Assembly (NCBI GenBank): GCA_043228905.1
Contig: JBHGNT010000006.1
Coordinates: 6,014,001 to 6,078,000, forward strand
Reading direction: 5' to 3'
DNA from: Azolla caroliniana
Lineage: Eukaryota > Plantae > Polypodiophyta
DNA length: 64,000 bases
Shown: positions 1 through 13,000 of the stretch, piece after piece
Numbering within the stretch: position 1 is the first letter of the stretch
Layout of the letters: each line of letters opens with the position of its first letter
Program-made: the position numbers and the translations under genes
The notes under the pieces: model-generated
The model's database searches: none
The model's input: the letters and a program-made list of their open reading frames with translations, nothing else
What the model was told of the DNA's origin: nothing

Positions 1-513
1 TTATGAGTAACACATTAGTTAGCTACTAGTAAAAGACACTCTATGTACTAAAGTATGATTAAAATCCTATGACCAAACATGTAAACAATTGTCAACGTCA
101 AAGCAACACTTACATGTACTTACATCCGGAATTAATCCACCAAGTAGAGAATGCAACAAGCATAATATCTTTTTTTACATTCTCATGATCGGCTCTACTC
201 AATTTCTTCTACCATGACTATAAAATTCAATAGGTGGTGTATTCCATTGTACGTTGTTGGTTGGTTGAGTTTCACCAAACCTTCAATCAAGTGGTAGTAG
301 TTCGGAAATTTACTCAATACAATTGTAACCAACACTAGACAAAAGTTTCTTCCTCACGATTAGTGCACATTTCGAAAACCAAGGAAAAATGTTTTCATTT
401 ATAATATAACTCACTGTGGCTTAACAATAGCTTAGAAGGCAGTTCAAATAATGTCTTTGCTCTTTGAGAAAATTCATGAATAGCTTAGAAAGCCTTGTTT
501 TCCTACCTCTACC

Positions 514-758
514 GGAGTGAAAATATGGCATTGAACTCAACTCCTACAAATATGGGAAGATTGTTACAATTAGTGTGATCAATTGTTAATTTAATGTGAC
601 ATTCTTATATTTAACTTTTGTGTTATTGTTGAGCTCAAATCCTTGTTCTCTTACCACTATTGGAGTGAAAATATGGCATTGAACTCAACTCCAATAAAAT
701 GGCAAGATTGTTACCAATAGTGTAATCAACTATTGATTTAATATGATGTTCTTATATG
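514..758. repeat. Diverged direct repeat, ~97-bp copies (514-610, 662-758)
   Basis: Both copies read GGAGTGAAAATATGGCATTGAACTCAACTCC...TTCTTATAT; spacing ~148 bp. Confidence 0.85.
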
Positions 759-889
759 TAATGTGCATGTTATTTTGATGTGGACTTCACGAAGCAATTT
801 GGAGGTTTTTGACAAGGATGAGTGATGATGGTGTGGGGGGCGAAGCATAAGCTCATGAGGAGAGGAGAAAATTGACTTAATGTGTTGTT

Positions 890-1095
890 GTATGACAGGA
901 AGTTGGTGGTAATCGACGAGATGGTTGATGTGGAAAGAGGAAGCATATTGGTTGAGTTGACAATATAATGTATTGGATCACCTTCCAATTTGTGATGTAT
1001 AGGAAGTTGGTAGTAACTAGCGAGATTGTTGATGTGGAAAGAGGAAGCATATTTGTTGAGTTGACAATATAATGTATTAGATCACCTTCAAATCT
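890..1095. repeat. Tandem duplication, ~102-bp unit x2
   Basis: AGGAAGTTGGT...GATGTGGAAAGAGGAAGCATATT..GTTGAGTTGACAATATAATGTATT.GATCACCTTC occurs twice. Confidence 0.85.
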
Positions 1096-3414
1096 GCAAT
1101 AGACAGGCATGGGATACATTGTTATCTACCTTGAAAGTTTCTAGTAGCATTGGGGGTTTTTTTGGATAAAGATTATGTTGTACAGGAGCAAGTTGAAGAA
1201 GTATTGAAAGGTTCATAACTATGACATGCGAGGGCTTGTTTCTGAATATAAGTACTTTGGTTGTTGTCTATGGATATGATACCTTGCATTGTGTCTAAGG
1301 AATAGCTTACAATTAATGGATTATTTTCTCTATTTTGGATTTGTTTCTTCAACCATTGTCTTTCATAAGACGGGCTTGGGGGAAAAAACTTTGTATGTTG
1401 TAGCTGTTATGACCCTTTTTATACAACTAATGGAAGGATATTTGTTTTGGAAAAAATTTGCATGTTATTACCAAGCTCGAATTTACAATGATGTATTCAA
1501 ATTATTGAATGGTGTTTTGCAATGTGGTAGTTGAAATCTATGAATTTAACCACTAGCGTTCTAGTTTAGCAATTTGGGATTACAACTATCTTGATTATTT
1601 TCTTTAATAATGCCCAATTATGTTCATATTCAACACACTTTTACTTGCATCATTTTACCTTGCCAATCACAACAACTAAACTTGAAAAAAAAACTATGAG
1701 TTTTGATGTAATTAGCAAAATGTTGCACTCTTACTCTATTAAACAAAGGTGTATAGTCAGCTTTACTACTTAACACATGTTGCCTTTAAAAGAACGTTGT
1801 ATCAATTAAACCCTTTAGTTCACAATATTATAACCTAACCTTTGATATTATTCCTTCAAACATTAACCAATATCATTGTACCCTTTTTATGTTTTGAATG
1901 GTGCTAACGCATTCCTAACACCGCGTAAAAGAGTATGGGTACGGTGAGGAAGGTTGTTTTAAGGTGTGTTTATGCCAAGATATAAGAGGTCATATTCTTA
2001 ATGAGTTTAAATATTGAAAGGTAAGCAACTCTAAGGGGATATAAAAAGATAAGCATTTAAAGAATCTTATTACAACTACCTTTAAAGTAAAAAGAATTGA
2101 TACAATCATACATGTCTCCAATTTCTCATGTTCTCATCTATTAAGTCAAAACAATGAATTCTACAATAGGAATTTTGATATCCGAGGACCTAAACTCCTT
2201 GTTTTCTCTAGGTACATATGGTTGACTAAGTTGTCACTAGCCACAAGCATAGATATAAGGAAGTTAAGAAGCTCATAACCTTTTTTGAGTTGGATATTCC
2301 TCTTTCCCCTACACTAGCTTCGTATCAAGGAAAAGTTGAAGAAAACACATCTCAATATATCAAGTCAATTGCACCAACCACAATTTATTTTTTGCCTTCA
2401 ACCCACAAATGATGTTCACCGATTTAAGCCATTAATGCCCAATTTAGAGTTAAGCACGAGAGAAAACTAGTCCAAATTCTAGATTTTCACATGGTAAAAA
2501 CTCAAGTCGAGATGCATTTATGGTCCAATGTGGAAAAGGTGAAACGCCACACAATGTCATCTAGAGCTACAAAATCGCATCATTTCATTGCCAACACAAT
2601 TTTTGACTAGTTAGAAGTGATGTTGCCAATTGAATCATGATTGGCAGGTCTATGTTGATATGGAACATTTGTGTGGCATTAACTTGCTATTATTTATGTG
2701 GGAATGACAAATTTGTTTTTGGCGGTTGTTGGCTAGACTTCCCTTAATGCCAGTTTGTTATTGTTACAATTACATACTTATCATTCTCAAAGTAAAGATC
2801 ATTTATTGGCATGACAATCTATGTGGTGTCAATTGGTCATCATTTATGTAAGCAGACAATTCCGTTGGCCTTTATGTTTATTCCATCCTCTCCCGAATGT
2901 AACCATTCTTGGTCTCTGGATTCACTTGTCGCTCCAAGAAGTGAAAAGCTTTTCTCTTGTCCCTCACATCAATTTTGGGAGTTGTCCCGACTCGGCCCAG
3001 ATCCTTGGGACCCGTATATTCAATGACCAAGCCTCCGAGGTTGATGATGTCCCTTGTGTCCTTCACATATTTCATGGTTACAATTTCATTAAGATATGCA
3101 TTGGTCAATGACACTCTAAAAGTTTCCCACTAGTTCATATGGGTGCTAAACAATTAAAGAGCAAATATTTCAATCGTAAACCCAACAATGTAAAATAACC
3201 ACCAAGAACAAGTTGCATGATGTTACAGATGGGCGTGGTGATGCCCAAGGTGTTGGCGTTTAGGGCATTTAGTTGTTGTACATGAAGATGTTGATGGAGG
3301 AGGCAAAATATGGCTATATCGTGCTATCAAGATACAATCCTATACACCTTCAGAATCAGCCCATCTTTTCCCCTTTTCACACTTTTAAAGTACATGTATG
3401 TAAATACATATATT

Positions 3415-3692
3415 TGTTAAGAATATGGAGCCGGCCACAACCGGGTAAGAAGCAGAAATGAGAGAGAACAAGAAAACCCAAAAAATGAAGAATAGAGACA
3501 CAAGATTTTAACATGGAAAACCCAGAATGGGAAAAAAACCACGAGAGCCCATAGAATCACAGAATCACTATGTAGATGAGTATACAAGAGACTCAATGGC
3601 AACAACCTCGAGCTCATCTTTGTCTTATAGACATATACACACAGTGATTACAACACTCTATTCAAACAATGTCATTCATGCATATACAGATG

Positions 3693-3723
<31 letters not shown>

Positions 3724-3840
3724 GGGGTGAAAACACACAATTATATTAATAAATGTGTGTAAAAAACACTACTTACAATGGGTGTGACCATGAAGTATAG
3801 TCACCCACTAACTACACTACACTACATGGGTAGTGGAACA
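3415..3840 (-). mobile_element. Copia-type LTR remnant
   Basis: The minus strand has CGTGGTTTTTTTCCC..GGGTTTTCCATG, GGTTGTGGCC and a terminal ...TTCTTAACA. The same motifs occur in the same order in the solo LTR at 63188-63768. The other boundary is uncertain and no TSD was found. Confidence 0.6.
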
Positions 3841-3959
3841 CGTTGAATTGCCAATAGGCAAGACGAACATTCCACCGAGGAAAGGATTTCCACTTGCTCC
3901 AATAAAGAAAATTGTCACATTAGTACTCCCTTCAACTTTCGTAGATATGCTTTCACTCC

Positions 3960-4430
3960 ATGTCTACCATCGAATACAAAAGCATAGCGCATATTCCAAT
4001 TATGACACAATCCCCAATATCTCAAAAATAGAAAAACAATCTCCATCTCTGACTTTGGGTCCACCTGTGTAAAATTGTGCAAACACCCACTGTCTAGGTG
4101 TCATATAACACCGTGGTAAAACTTGTCAAATTTGAGAAATGTAACTCCAAATCTGAGAAGTAATCGGGCATTGTATAAATCGATGAGTACTATCTTCCAT
4201 TTGAACAGTGCAAAAAAAGCAATTACCCGTTGCTAGTCCACGACGCTTTAGAGCTAATCCCAAAGGCAATCCTCCAATCAAAACTCTCCAAATGAAGACC
4301 TTTGCTACAAGTGGCAATTTAGAATGCCAACTACGTTGTAAGATTTGCCACCACCCATGATTAGATTTGTGTAATCTCCATTCTTCTTCAACCTTAGATG
4401 ATAACCATCCAAGAGACTCAACAGAGCAAT
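3960..4430 (-). mobile_element. L1-type LINE 3' fragment (zf-RVT zinc-binding domain), degenerate
   Basis: WHSKLPLVAKVFIWRVLIGGLPLGLALKRRG...CFFC...EDSTHRFIQC..SQIW matches the plant L1 zf-RVT pattern. A stop and frameshifts follow. Confidence 0.85.
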
Positions 4431-4465
4431 GATACAAAAGATTTGTAGTCACTTGTAACAACGAT

Positions 4466-4496
<31 letters not shown>

Positions 4497-4674
4497 GCAG
4501 CTCGCCTCCGGTCGAATTGGCCGAGTCGGCTCCTAGCTAAGCCGGCTCTCATACTTGTCTGGCTCACAATTGGACTGGCCGATTTCCATCCGATTCCTAG
4601 CCGGATAGGTTCTCCACCCATCATGAGGGACCTCTTCTACACTACAATATTTGTGACATTGTTGGCACGAAATT

Positions 4675-5260
4675 AATAGATTTTTTTGGGGGGCATCCAT
4701 GGTCCATTCACACACAAAGTGTGTCATTAGAAACAATAACATTACAAGAGGAGAGAAAGAGATTATGTAGAACCTAGGAAAGGGTTTTGTGTCCCTAGAA
4801 TGTCAAAGGGGACACGAACAAAAACATTATTCATAAGTGTAAAAGCCAACAATTTGGCTCTTCCTATCGTCCTGTTCACATTCCCACATTAGGCTAGAGA
4901 GATTTCTCTTCTCTCTTGTTGGTTTGTGCGAAGAGCTTTACTCTAAGCATTATAGGAATCTCTTGTAGTTAGAAAAGTTGGCATTAAATTAATAGAAAAG
5001 AAAATTGGGTGTCCATGGTCCATTCACACACATAAAGTGTGTTGTTAGAAACAATAACATTACAAGAGGAGAAAGAGAAAGAAAGAAAGAAATATTAACG
5101 TCTCTTCCTATTCATAACTGTAAAAACCCAACAATTTGGCTCGTCCTATCTTCTTGTTCACATTCCCACATAAGGCTAGAGAGATTTCTCTTCTCTCTTG
5201 CTGGTTGGTGCTAAGAGCTTTACTCTATGCATTATATGAATCTCTTGTAGTTAGAAAAGT
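4675..5260. repeat. ~300-bp diverged tandem duplication, probably TE-derived
   Basis: CCATGGTCCATTCACACAC...AGAAACAATAACATTACAAGAGGAGA and ...GGCTAGAGAGATTTCTCTTCTCTCTTG...GAATCTCTTGTAGTTAGAAAAGT each occur twice. Confidence 0.8.
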
Positions 5261-6719
5261 AAGTTTAATTAATCTAACGTGGTGTTATTCATCCTTGGGA
5301 TTTTATCTTCTTTATTTAGGTAAAGTAGTTGTGTTAATTCTATCAAGTGAGTAATTTGTTGCTTTATTGGTCAAGTTATTTCATTAGGGAGCAAGTTAGT
5401 GAGTACTTTGGCGATGTAATTAGTCCATTTTTACCATTTTTAGATATGATTGGGACTCATACTTACTCAACTCGTCCTCAATAGAGTAGATGTCATTTTG
5501 AATTCCCCAACATGACCTCAATACAAGTAAACTCCATCGCGCAAGAAGTACATTCAAGGCCATAATGCCTTGAGCATAACACGTAATGTAGCGCTATAAA
5601 CAAGGATTAGAAGAAGTATTGACTAGAAAACGTTATCCGGCCTCACCTCCCCCCATGGTCCCTTTCCAAGCTATTTTTGTTGCAATAATGAATGGTCACC
5701 ATCCAACCACTCAACAATCTGGAGATGTAGGCTCAACACTTGATATTGAACATGCATGATGGCCACCAAAACAAATACGAATCAAAATGGTGTGGTATCG
5801 ATGCTTTTCTTGAAGTTCATCGAATCGTACACCAAGAGACATGTTGGAGTGTGCAATCCCACTTTGTCCAATGTTGGAATAGTTTTATTTGTAAACTCTT
5901 CTAAGCCATCGCGTATTGCGTGGTGAGGGTCATAATGACTTGGCTAACAAAATGCTTCAATGACCATAATTGTTGACTAACTTGATGGGACACATTATAA
6001 TGACTTTGCATATAGAAAACGTGCTACTTTATAATGTACTCATATATTTATATATACAGACAAAGATAGTGTTGTATTAATCACAATGGACTAGCAAAGA
6101 GAATAGAAATACAAATTTGCACCTATAGAACCATGTTATGTAATAATCAGCACAACCCGAGAATAAAATTTGCACATCTAGAACACACATTTGAACCGTC
6201 TCAGGCGATAATGATCCCAAAGTATTGAACAACAAGAACCACTAGAGCGCCCTATGTTTTCAACCTTGGGGGAAATCTCTCCACGAGGTGTTAATGAGAC
6301 AAAGTTCATCCCCAAAACACGGGAAGACGTATGGCATACCCGTGGAACTCCACATTTGAACTTGTGGACAAAAACAATGGCCGGTGTGACCAATTGAAAC
6401 GAGGGACTTCTCATCATTCATTCATTCATTCATTCATTTGCATGTTGATCTGTTTGTTTGTCGTCTGATTTATATATATGTATATACATATGTTCTACAC
6501 ACGTATCGTTGACAGTGGAGAAGTGATCAATTGGCTTCTCCTTCCTTTCCTTCCTTCCTTCCGTCTTCTTCGTCGTCGTCTGCAGTGCATGCAACTGCCA
6601 GGTACCTCTATCTATTGAGAACTTCTTGGTTTCCTTTTGCTTACTGATGGACTTCGGGTTTTGATCTTATCTGCTGAAATTCCTCGTGCGTTTTGTTTTT
6701 AAACATGTTTATAGTGTTT

Positions 6720-8110
6720 CAAGAATCGTAGCAACATGGCATGGATTCATTATTATGGCTCATTTTTGCGGCTTTTCAAAGTATCTTAGCATGGCGTGAA
6801 TTTCTTGAGTTTAAATCTTGTTTTTTTGCGTTCCTAAGCACACTTGCCATGAATAGAATTCGTATGTTTAGTCTCTCAAGAATCTTTGCATCATCTTTGG
6901 ACGCGAATGGAGCATCATCGTGATTTGTAACATTGAAAAGGAATTCTTAAGGTGCTTCTCAAGAATCTTAGCACTGAAATGGAGTCTTATGTTTATTCCT
7001 TCCTGATTATCATTATGTTTATCCAAACATGAAATCATTATCTCATAATGAAGTGGAATTCTTAGAGTATAATATTTTTGGCCTTTTTTATATGTAATTT
7101 TTGCTGTTTTTCATAGGCTCGTCTTGTTATGTTTGACTGTTGCATTTTTTGTTCAATCATCCTATGAATCCGAGTTCTTATGTTGGAGCGTTGCTGTTTT
7201 TTGTTCAAGCATATTTTCATGCAAGTGGACTTTTCAAACTCGGTTTTTGCAAAACAATTTTTAGAATTAAGTTTACCAGCATCTTAGCATGAAGTTAAAT
7301 GTTTTCAAAGCATCTTAGTATGAAATGAAATTCCAAGAGTCAAATCTTTGATTTTTTTGGGCATCATAGCATGGCATAGAATACTTGAAAATTAATTTTA
7401 GCTAATATTAGACATCATAGCTTGAGATGAAGTTCATGTGTTTTAAAATCTTTTTGCATGAATTTCAATTCTCACGGTTAATCTTTTCCTCCATCCCATC
7501 TTAACATGCAATGGAATTCTTGAAGACAAATATACTTTTGCTGCTTTTTAAGTATCTTAACATGAATTTGAATTTTCATGTTTGATTTTTTTCTGCTTTT
7601 GATATAATCTTAGCACGAGTTTGATTATGTAGTGTTAATATTTACAGCTAAACTGGCATCTTGCCATGAATTTGCGTAATGCAATTCAAATTAACTGTTT
7701 GTCAGCATCTTATTATTTATGAAGTACAGTTCAATTTTGTTTAATATTGTCAAATCATCGTATTATAAAAATGGAGATCCTAGGGGTTAACATCTGCAGT
7801 TTTTCAGCATCTTAGCATGAAATAGAGGTCTTAGGGTTTAACTTCTGTTGCTTTTTAAGCATCTTACTCTTGCTATTTGCTTCTTTTCAAGCATCGAGCA
7901 TTCTTAGGATTAATCTTTGCTTCTTTTTTTGTTCTCACAGTTTATTGTTTACTGCCTTTCACATCTTAGGCTTTCCAGAATTTGAGCATGTAATGAGCTC
8001 TTATTGCCTTCGTAGATTCTTAAAATTAATCCTATCCTTTCTCTGCATGTAAATCTGTCATCGAATAGTATTCTTAGGACTAATCATTTTTGCTTTTCAG
8101 CATGTAATGA
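6720..8110 (+). repeat. Degenerate ~50-55-bp minisatellite
   Basis: More than 12 diverged copies of GCATCTTAGCATGAAATGGAATTCTT...(T)n, e.g. at 6781, 7279, 7310, 7361, 7497, 7552, 7656, 7807. Confidence 0.75.
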
Positions 8111-8451
8111 ATGGAGACTAATCTGTATCTACTACACAGGTTTCTGGCTTTCCTTTTCCATTTCGAAAATAATGAGTTACTGTTTAAATAATTGGAAAAC
8201 AATTCCATTTTTGTTTGGGACTTTCATGAATGAAATGAATTGAAGCATTATATTAATGTCTTCAAGTGGCCAAAGTGACCTGTAAAACCAAAAGGTAGAT
8301 CCATATGATTCATCATTCTTGTAAAATGAAGCAAAATGTGTTTCTTCATTTTTAGGAGTCATAGTCTTCCCACACAAAATGCATATGATATTGAAGTCCT
8401 GGGTATGTTGACCTTTGATAGAACTCTGATTTTTTCATTTACGCTTGTTGA

Positions 8452-8869
8452 AGTGTATGAATGTTTTCTGCATTTGAAATGGAATTCTTGAGTTGGCCTT
8501 TGATTAAAATACGAAAGCATTAATTGAGGTGTAGGAATGTTTTCTGCATTTGGAAAGGAATGCTTAGGGTTGGCCTTAGATTAAAATACGGAAGCATTAA
8601 AATCCTCGCTGCCTTTTTAGCATTTGGTGTTTTAAACATACTTCTTTCTCTTTTTAGCATGTGGCGTACATGTTTGTTCATCAAGTCTTTCCATTATTCT
8701 GAAACTTCAAGGACATTCCTGGGATTTGTAATCTATCTGGATTACGCATAAAGTTTGCCTTAGGAAAGCTATATGATCATAAGTAGAGGCTTGAAGAACT
8801 TACTAAATCAAGATCTTAGGAAAGCTATACAATCATAAGGAAAGGCCTGAAGAACTCACTAAATCAAGA
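8452..8869. repeat. Two local tandem duplications (~77 bp x2 at 8452-8601; 56 bp x2 at 8759-8869)
   Basis: GAATGTTTTCTGCATTTG...GATTAAAATACG.AAGCATTAA occurs twice; CTTAGGAAAGCTATA...ACTAAATCAAGA occurs twice. Confidence 0.85.
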
Positions 8870-10003
8870 AATTTTTAACTAAATGCCCCTTGATAGTTTT
8901 TTTAATCAATGTTATATCCAAATATCTAAATGAATCTCACCCATCTCTTGCATGCAATGAAAGCTTTGAAACTAGAGCCATCCCATTTAGTCCTAGCTAA
9001 GAGTTGCAAATCATAGAAAATCATGAACAAATTCAGGGGTGGATAACAAATACCCTATGGATGATCAGATTTAGCCATAAAAGATGCACCTATGTAGCAT
9101 AGAACTGTTCACTGTTCACTTTGTAGAACCGATTGAACATCAAATTAGGAAATTTTATTTCATGAACAGATCAAATCTCTCAAATCTCATAAAAGAAAGT
9201 AAGAAAGAGAGGGAGAGAGAAAGAAAGTAACAGAATTAAGAACATCAACTCGCAAACAACCACACATACAACACATAACATGCACAGACATTGCAATTGG
9301 AGAGACCAATTCCGAATTTTGGTTCTTTTTTTCCCTCATTCTCTGTGCATTTCCAGGAGACCCCACCACCATCATGTAACAAATTCTTTTCATTTTATTT
9401 TTTTCAGAAACTCCTTCCTGTTATTGCTTTTGTGACTGTTTGGAACATAATTTTTATTTTGTTTGATGTAATTTCATCACGAACAATGTAATTTTTTTTA
9501 TCTGGATTTTGACCTCTATAAATAAAACGCACTTAATAGAATGGCGTACTTAAGAGGGCAGGCACTTAACCGAATGGTTACTGATATGTGCAGGGGTATG
9601 TGTATACGCACCATACATGTACGACACATTAATCTGCAAAAAAAACGGTCTAATGATAAATAGATAACAAAACAAGACAGACCACTTCAAAGATGGGAGA
9701 AAATAATAACTCTGTAAGTTAATCTCAGACATCGCTTCGTGCAAAGACAAACTTTTCCATTAAGACCTTGTTTCCTTTGGATCAACTAACATCTTCTGAT
9801 ATTGCTATAAGGTCTTACATCTGCTTTAACAATAACATCTAACCAAACGAGCATTACTCGATGAATAAGAAATGAATCCTTCCGAAAAACTTCGTGTTTT
9901 GGAGAGCTCAATTGTTGCTAGGAGTGATTCTAGCTATACAAAGTGTTCCATCAAAATTTTCCAAGTCATATCATTCATTGTATTGTTGCTAAGAAACAGG
10001 TTC

Positions 10004-13000
10004 TCATTTTGTAAATACTTGAATGATCGCTGCTTTTTGACTCTCCGTCAATGTTTCCGGGAAAGCCACTTCAAATGTGACAAAAAGATCACCTCTTTTG
10101 GTGCTCTCAAAGGCAGGCATCCCTTCTCCTTTATATCGTCTCACTGCTTTAGGTTTAGTTACACCCTGCAATACAATTGTCATGAGAAGGTTTAGTTACA
10201 CCCTCTGTCATGAGAAACTAAAATGATAAGAAAACATGAGAACGCAACCTGTTACTGGGAATAGCCATAAAGGGCCCATTACTATAGGTTCATGTATGAC
10301 ATGTGTAAGGTATGAGTGAAATTCTCGATATTTCAGCTGACATAAAGGATGACATGCAGCAAGATGTGTATAAAAATAGAAGTTGTCATTACTATGTAAA
10401 CTGGGCACCTAAGTCTTGGAGAAGTCTCATAGAATGCATAAAGAATAAATGGTAAAAATTGGTATCCTTGTACGGAATTATGGGTTCTGAATTTCTTTTC
10501 TAATGTATGACAATGGAATACCCTTTATAAGACTAAATTGATATGATCTAACAACGGAAATGCAAGTGGGGTGATGAAAGAAGCAAGAAAAATCAGGCTT
10601 TCCAGAAGAATATTACTTCTCAAGCTTTTCACCCAAAAACTAGATGCAGTACAATGAAAAGCATGTTTCATAGAAAATAAAACTTTAAACCAAAACATGG
10701 ACTAGGAGTGCGCTATCTAATTCAAAAATAGGAAGCAGTTACTCAAGAAACTCATGAAATTAGACCTCAAACTTTTACAGGATTATCCCTAATCTCATAC
10801 CCCATTAATTCACATCTCCAAGCATTCCAAGCCTTAACTGTAAAGATCCCATCTTGCCTCACCACATTCTCACTCAAAACACTAAGAATACATTCCTTAC
10901 CTTTGTACCAACACTAACTTTGTGGCCATCCAAATGAGGAATATCCTTCTCAAAACCCACCAAGGCATCTAACTGCAAAGAAACAAAATCCAGTAAATTC
11001 CTTATGTTTTTAAGACATTGTTTTCAGAAATACAAAAACAATATGTTTGTCACACCAGAGTAATAGTGATGGTTGTGTGAAGATTGTTGCCATCTCTCTG
11101 GAAACGGTCATGCTTCCGAGTGAAGATTTTAAACTGAAAAGCATATATGGACAGATTAAAAAAAGAGGTTGCTTTCTGAATATTTTAACTTACAAATATG
11201 TATCTGTCTGTGTAATTACAATCAACAAAATTAGGCAAGAGTCTGCATGTACCTTCAAATCACCAGGATCCCCATCAACTACAGGTTCACCATCTTCATA
11301 AAACACCACCTCCTAAATAAGGATCAATAATGCAAATTTCAATCCTAGAGCAATTAGAGCATGATAAAACATAAACGAGCTAGTATCCTAAGTTAAGAGC
11401 CAAAATGAGAAGAGATGCGAGATAGATGATCTTACATGCCCATCTGGCATTCCCTTTTCGATATCTAATGTGATATAGTAGCCCTCACGCTCAAACTTCA
11501 CATTGGCACACTTCTCACAAACCTGAGATGCAAAGTATAATGGTTCAAAAAAACTCCAAGGTCATTCTCACTTCTAAAAGCACAAGACATGTTAAAGTAC
11601 CTGCTGAGTAAACTGCTGAAACATTCCAGGGCCAATCTGCTTGTGGAAAACTTCATTCCTACAATTGCAGTCTCGTTTACCTGGTGCTGGCTTTAATACG
11701 TTCTTCTCTCTCCAAATCTATCCAGATATAATCTTTGAGAATCAAGATCATGGCAGAAAATGATCAAAGAAGTTACGATATTCAGCCAAAAAGAGAGATT
11801 CACCTTCATTGTGTTTCCAACATAGAGATCCTCCAAGCTTGCAGATATTTCAACCACAACATCATCTCCTTTGGGAGTCTTATCTTCCTCTTCTTCTCCT
11901 CCAAAACCACCACCAAAGAACCTACAAAGTACATAGGCATTTGTATCAGATGTGCACAGGAAAGCGTCAAACTGGTTTGGAAGAACAGTATATGGGTTTA
12001 GGGTTTAGGGACTCTTGACATATATATTTTCCCTGAGATTTATAGGATAACATGATCAAGACAAATGAGGAAATAGAAATCAGTTGCTCAATAATCACAT
12101 CAGTATGCTGGGCTCTTCTATGGATAATATTCTGAGTGGAATCACACTGAATATCAACTCAATGGCTGAAAAACACAGCAAGCTGATTATGGAACAAGCC
12201 AGTTTCCGACACAAACACAGCACAGGTAAAAGTAAATTATGCTGGCGTTTAGGAGATTTCATTGAGACTTTTAACCCAATTCCAAGGGCAAAGTTATTAA
12301 CAATTATGAAAAAACTTGTAGCGACAAGCATGAGCGCAATGGTGGCACTTGCACCAACATGCAAGATGCACATTAAAGACAGATGAATGTTTTCTAGAGA
12401 ATTTATGAGCACCATGGGATAGAAACAAGGATAACCTTTCTCACCTACTCTATTTGGTCACTAACTAGAAGTGTTAAATCACAAAAGCAGTGGTAGCTCA
12501 CTAATACTAAGAAGTAAGATGCATGTTGAGGACAAACTTTTCTTAAGATTTCATGAGCAACACGAGATTTAACCAAGCCTGCCCTCTATCATCTCCTCTA
12601 TTTGGTTGATGTATTCACTAACTAGAAGGGTTAATCAAAGAGGAGTTAGAAAAGCACAAGGAAAAGTGAGTCCTTGAGTCAATTTATGTTAGCAAATTTA
12701 TATAAAGCTAGATTGCAAAAGCATACAGTACATACTTCCTCTGAACCAGCAATCAGTGTTGTAAGGCCAAAATCATGGTGGTTACCATGATCAAATCTAA
12801 AAATCAGCAGCCAGTAGTGTACTATAAGAGGAGGCAGTTGAAGTGGTTCACAGTTTCAAATACCTTGGAATAGACATACATATGCATTAAAAAGAGCAGG
12901 TGTCCATGACAATCATAACTGACACAGCCAAATACTATGGATTTGACAACATGCTACTTTATCTTAGCTGTGACATGGAACTGAGCTTTAGGGAGGTCTT

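Noticed and set aside
12084-12415. Overlapping ~100-aa ORFs in the ERdj3B intron
   Set aside because: No recognisable motifs; likely chance ORFs.
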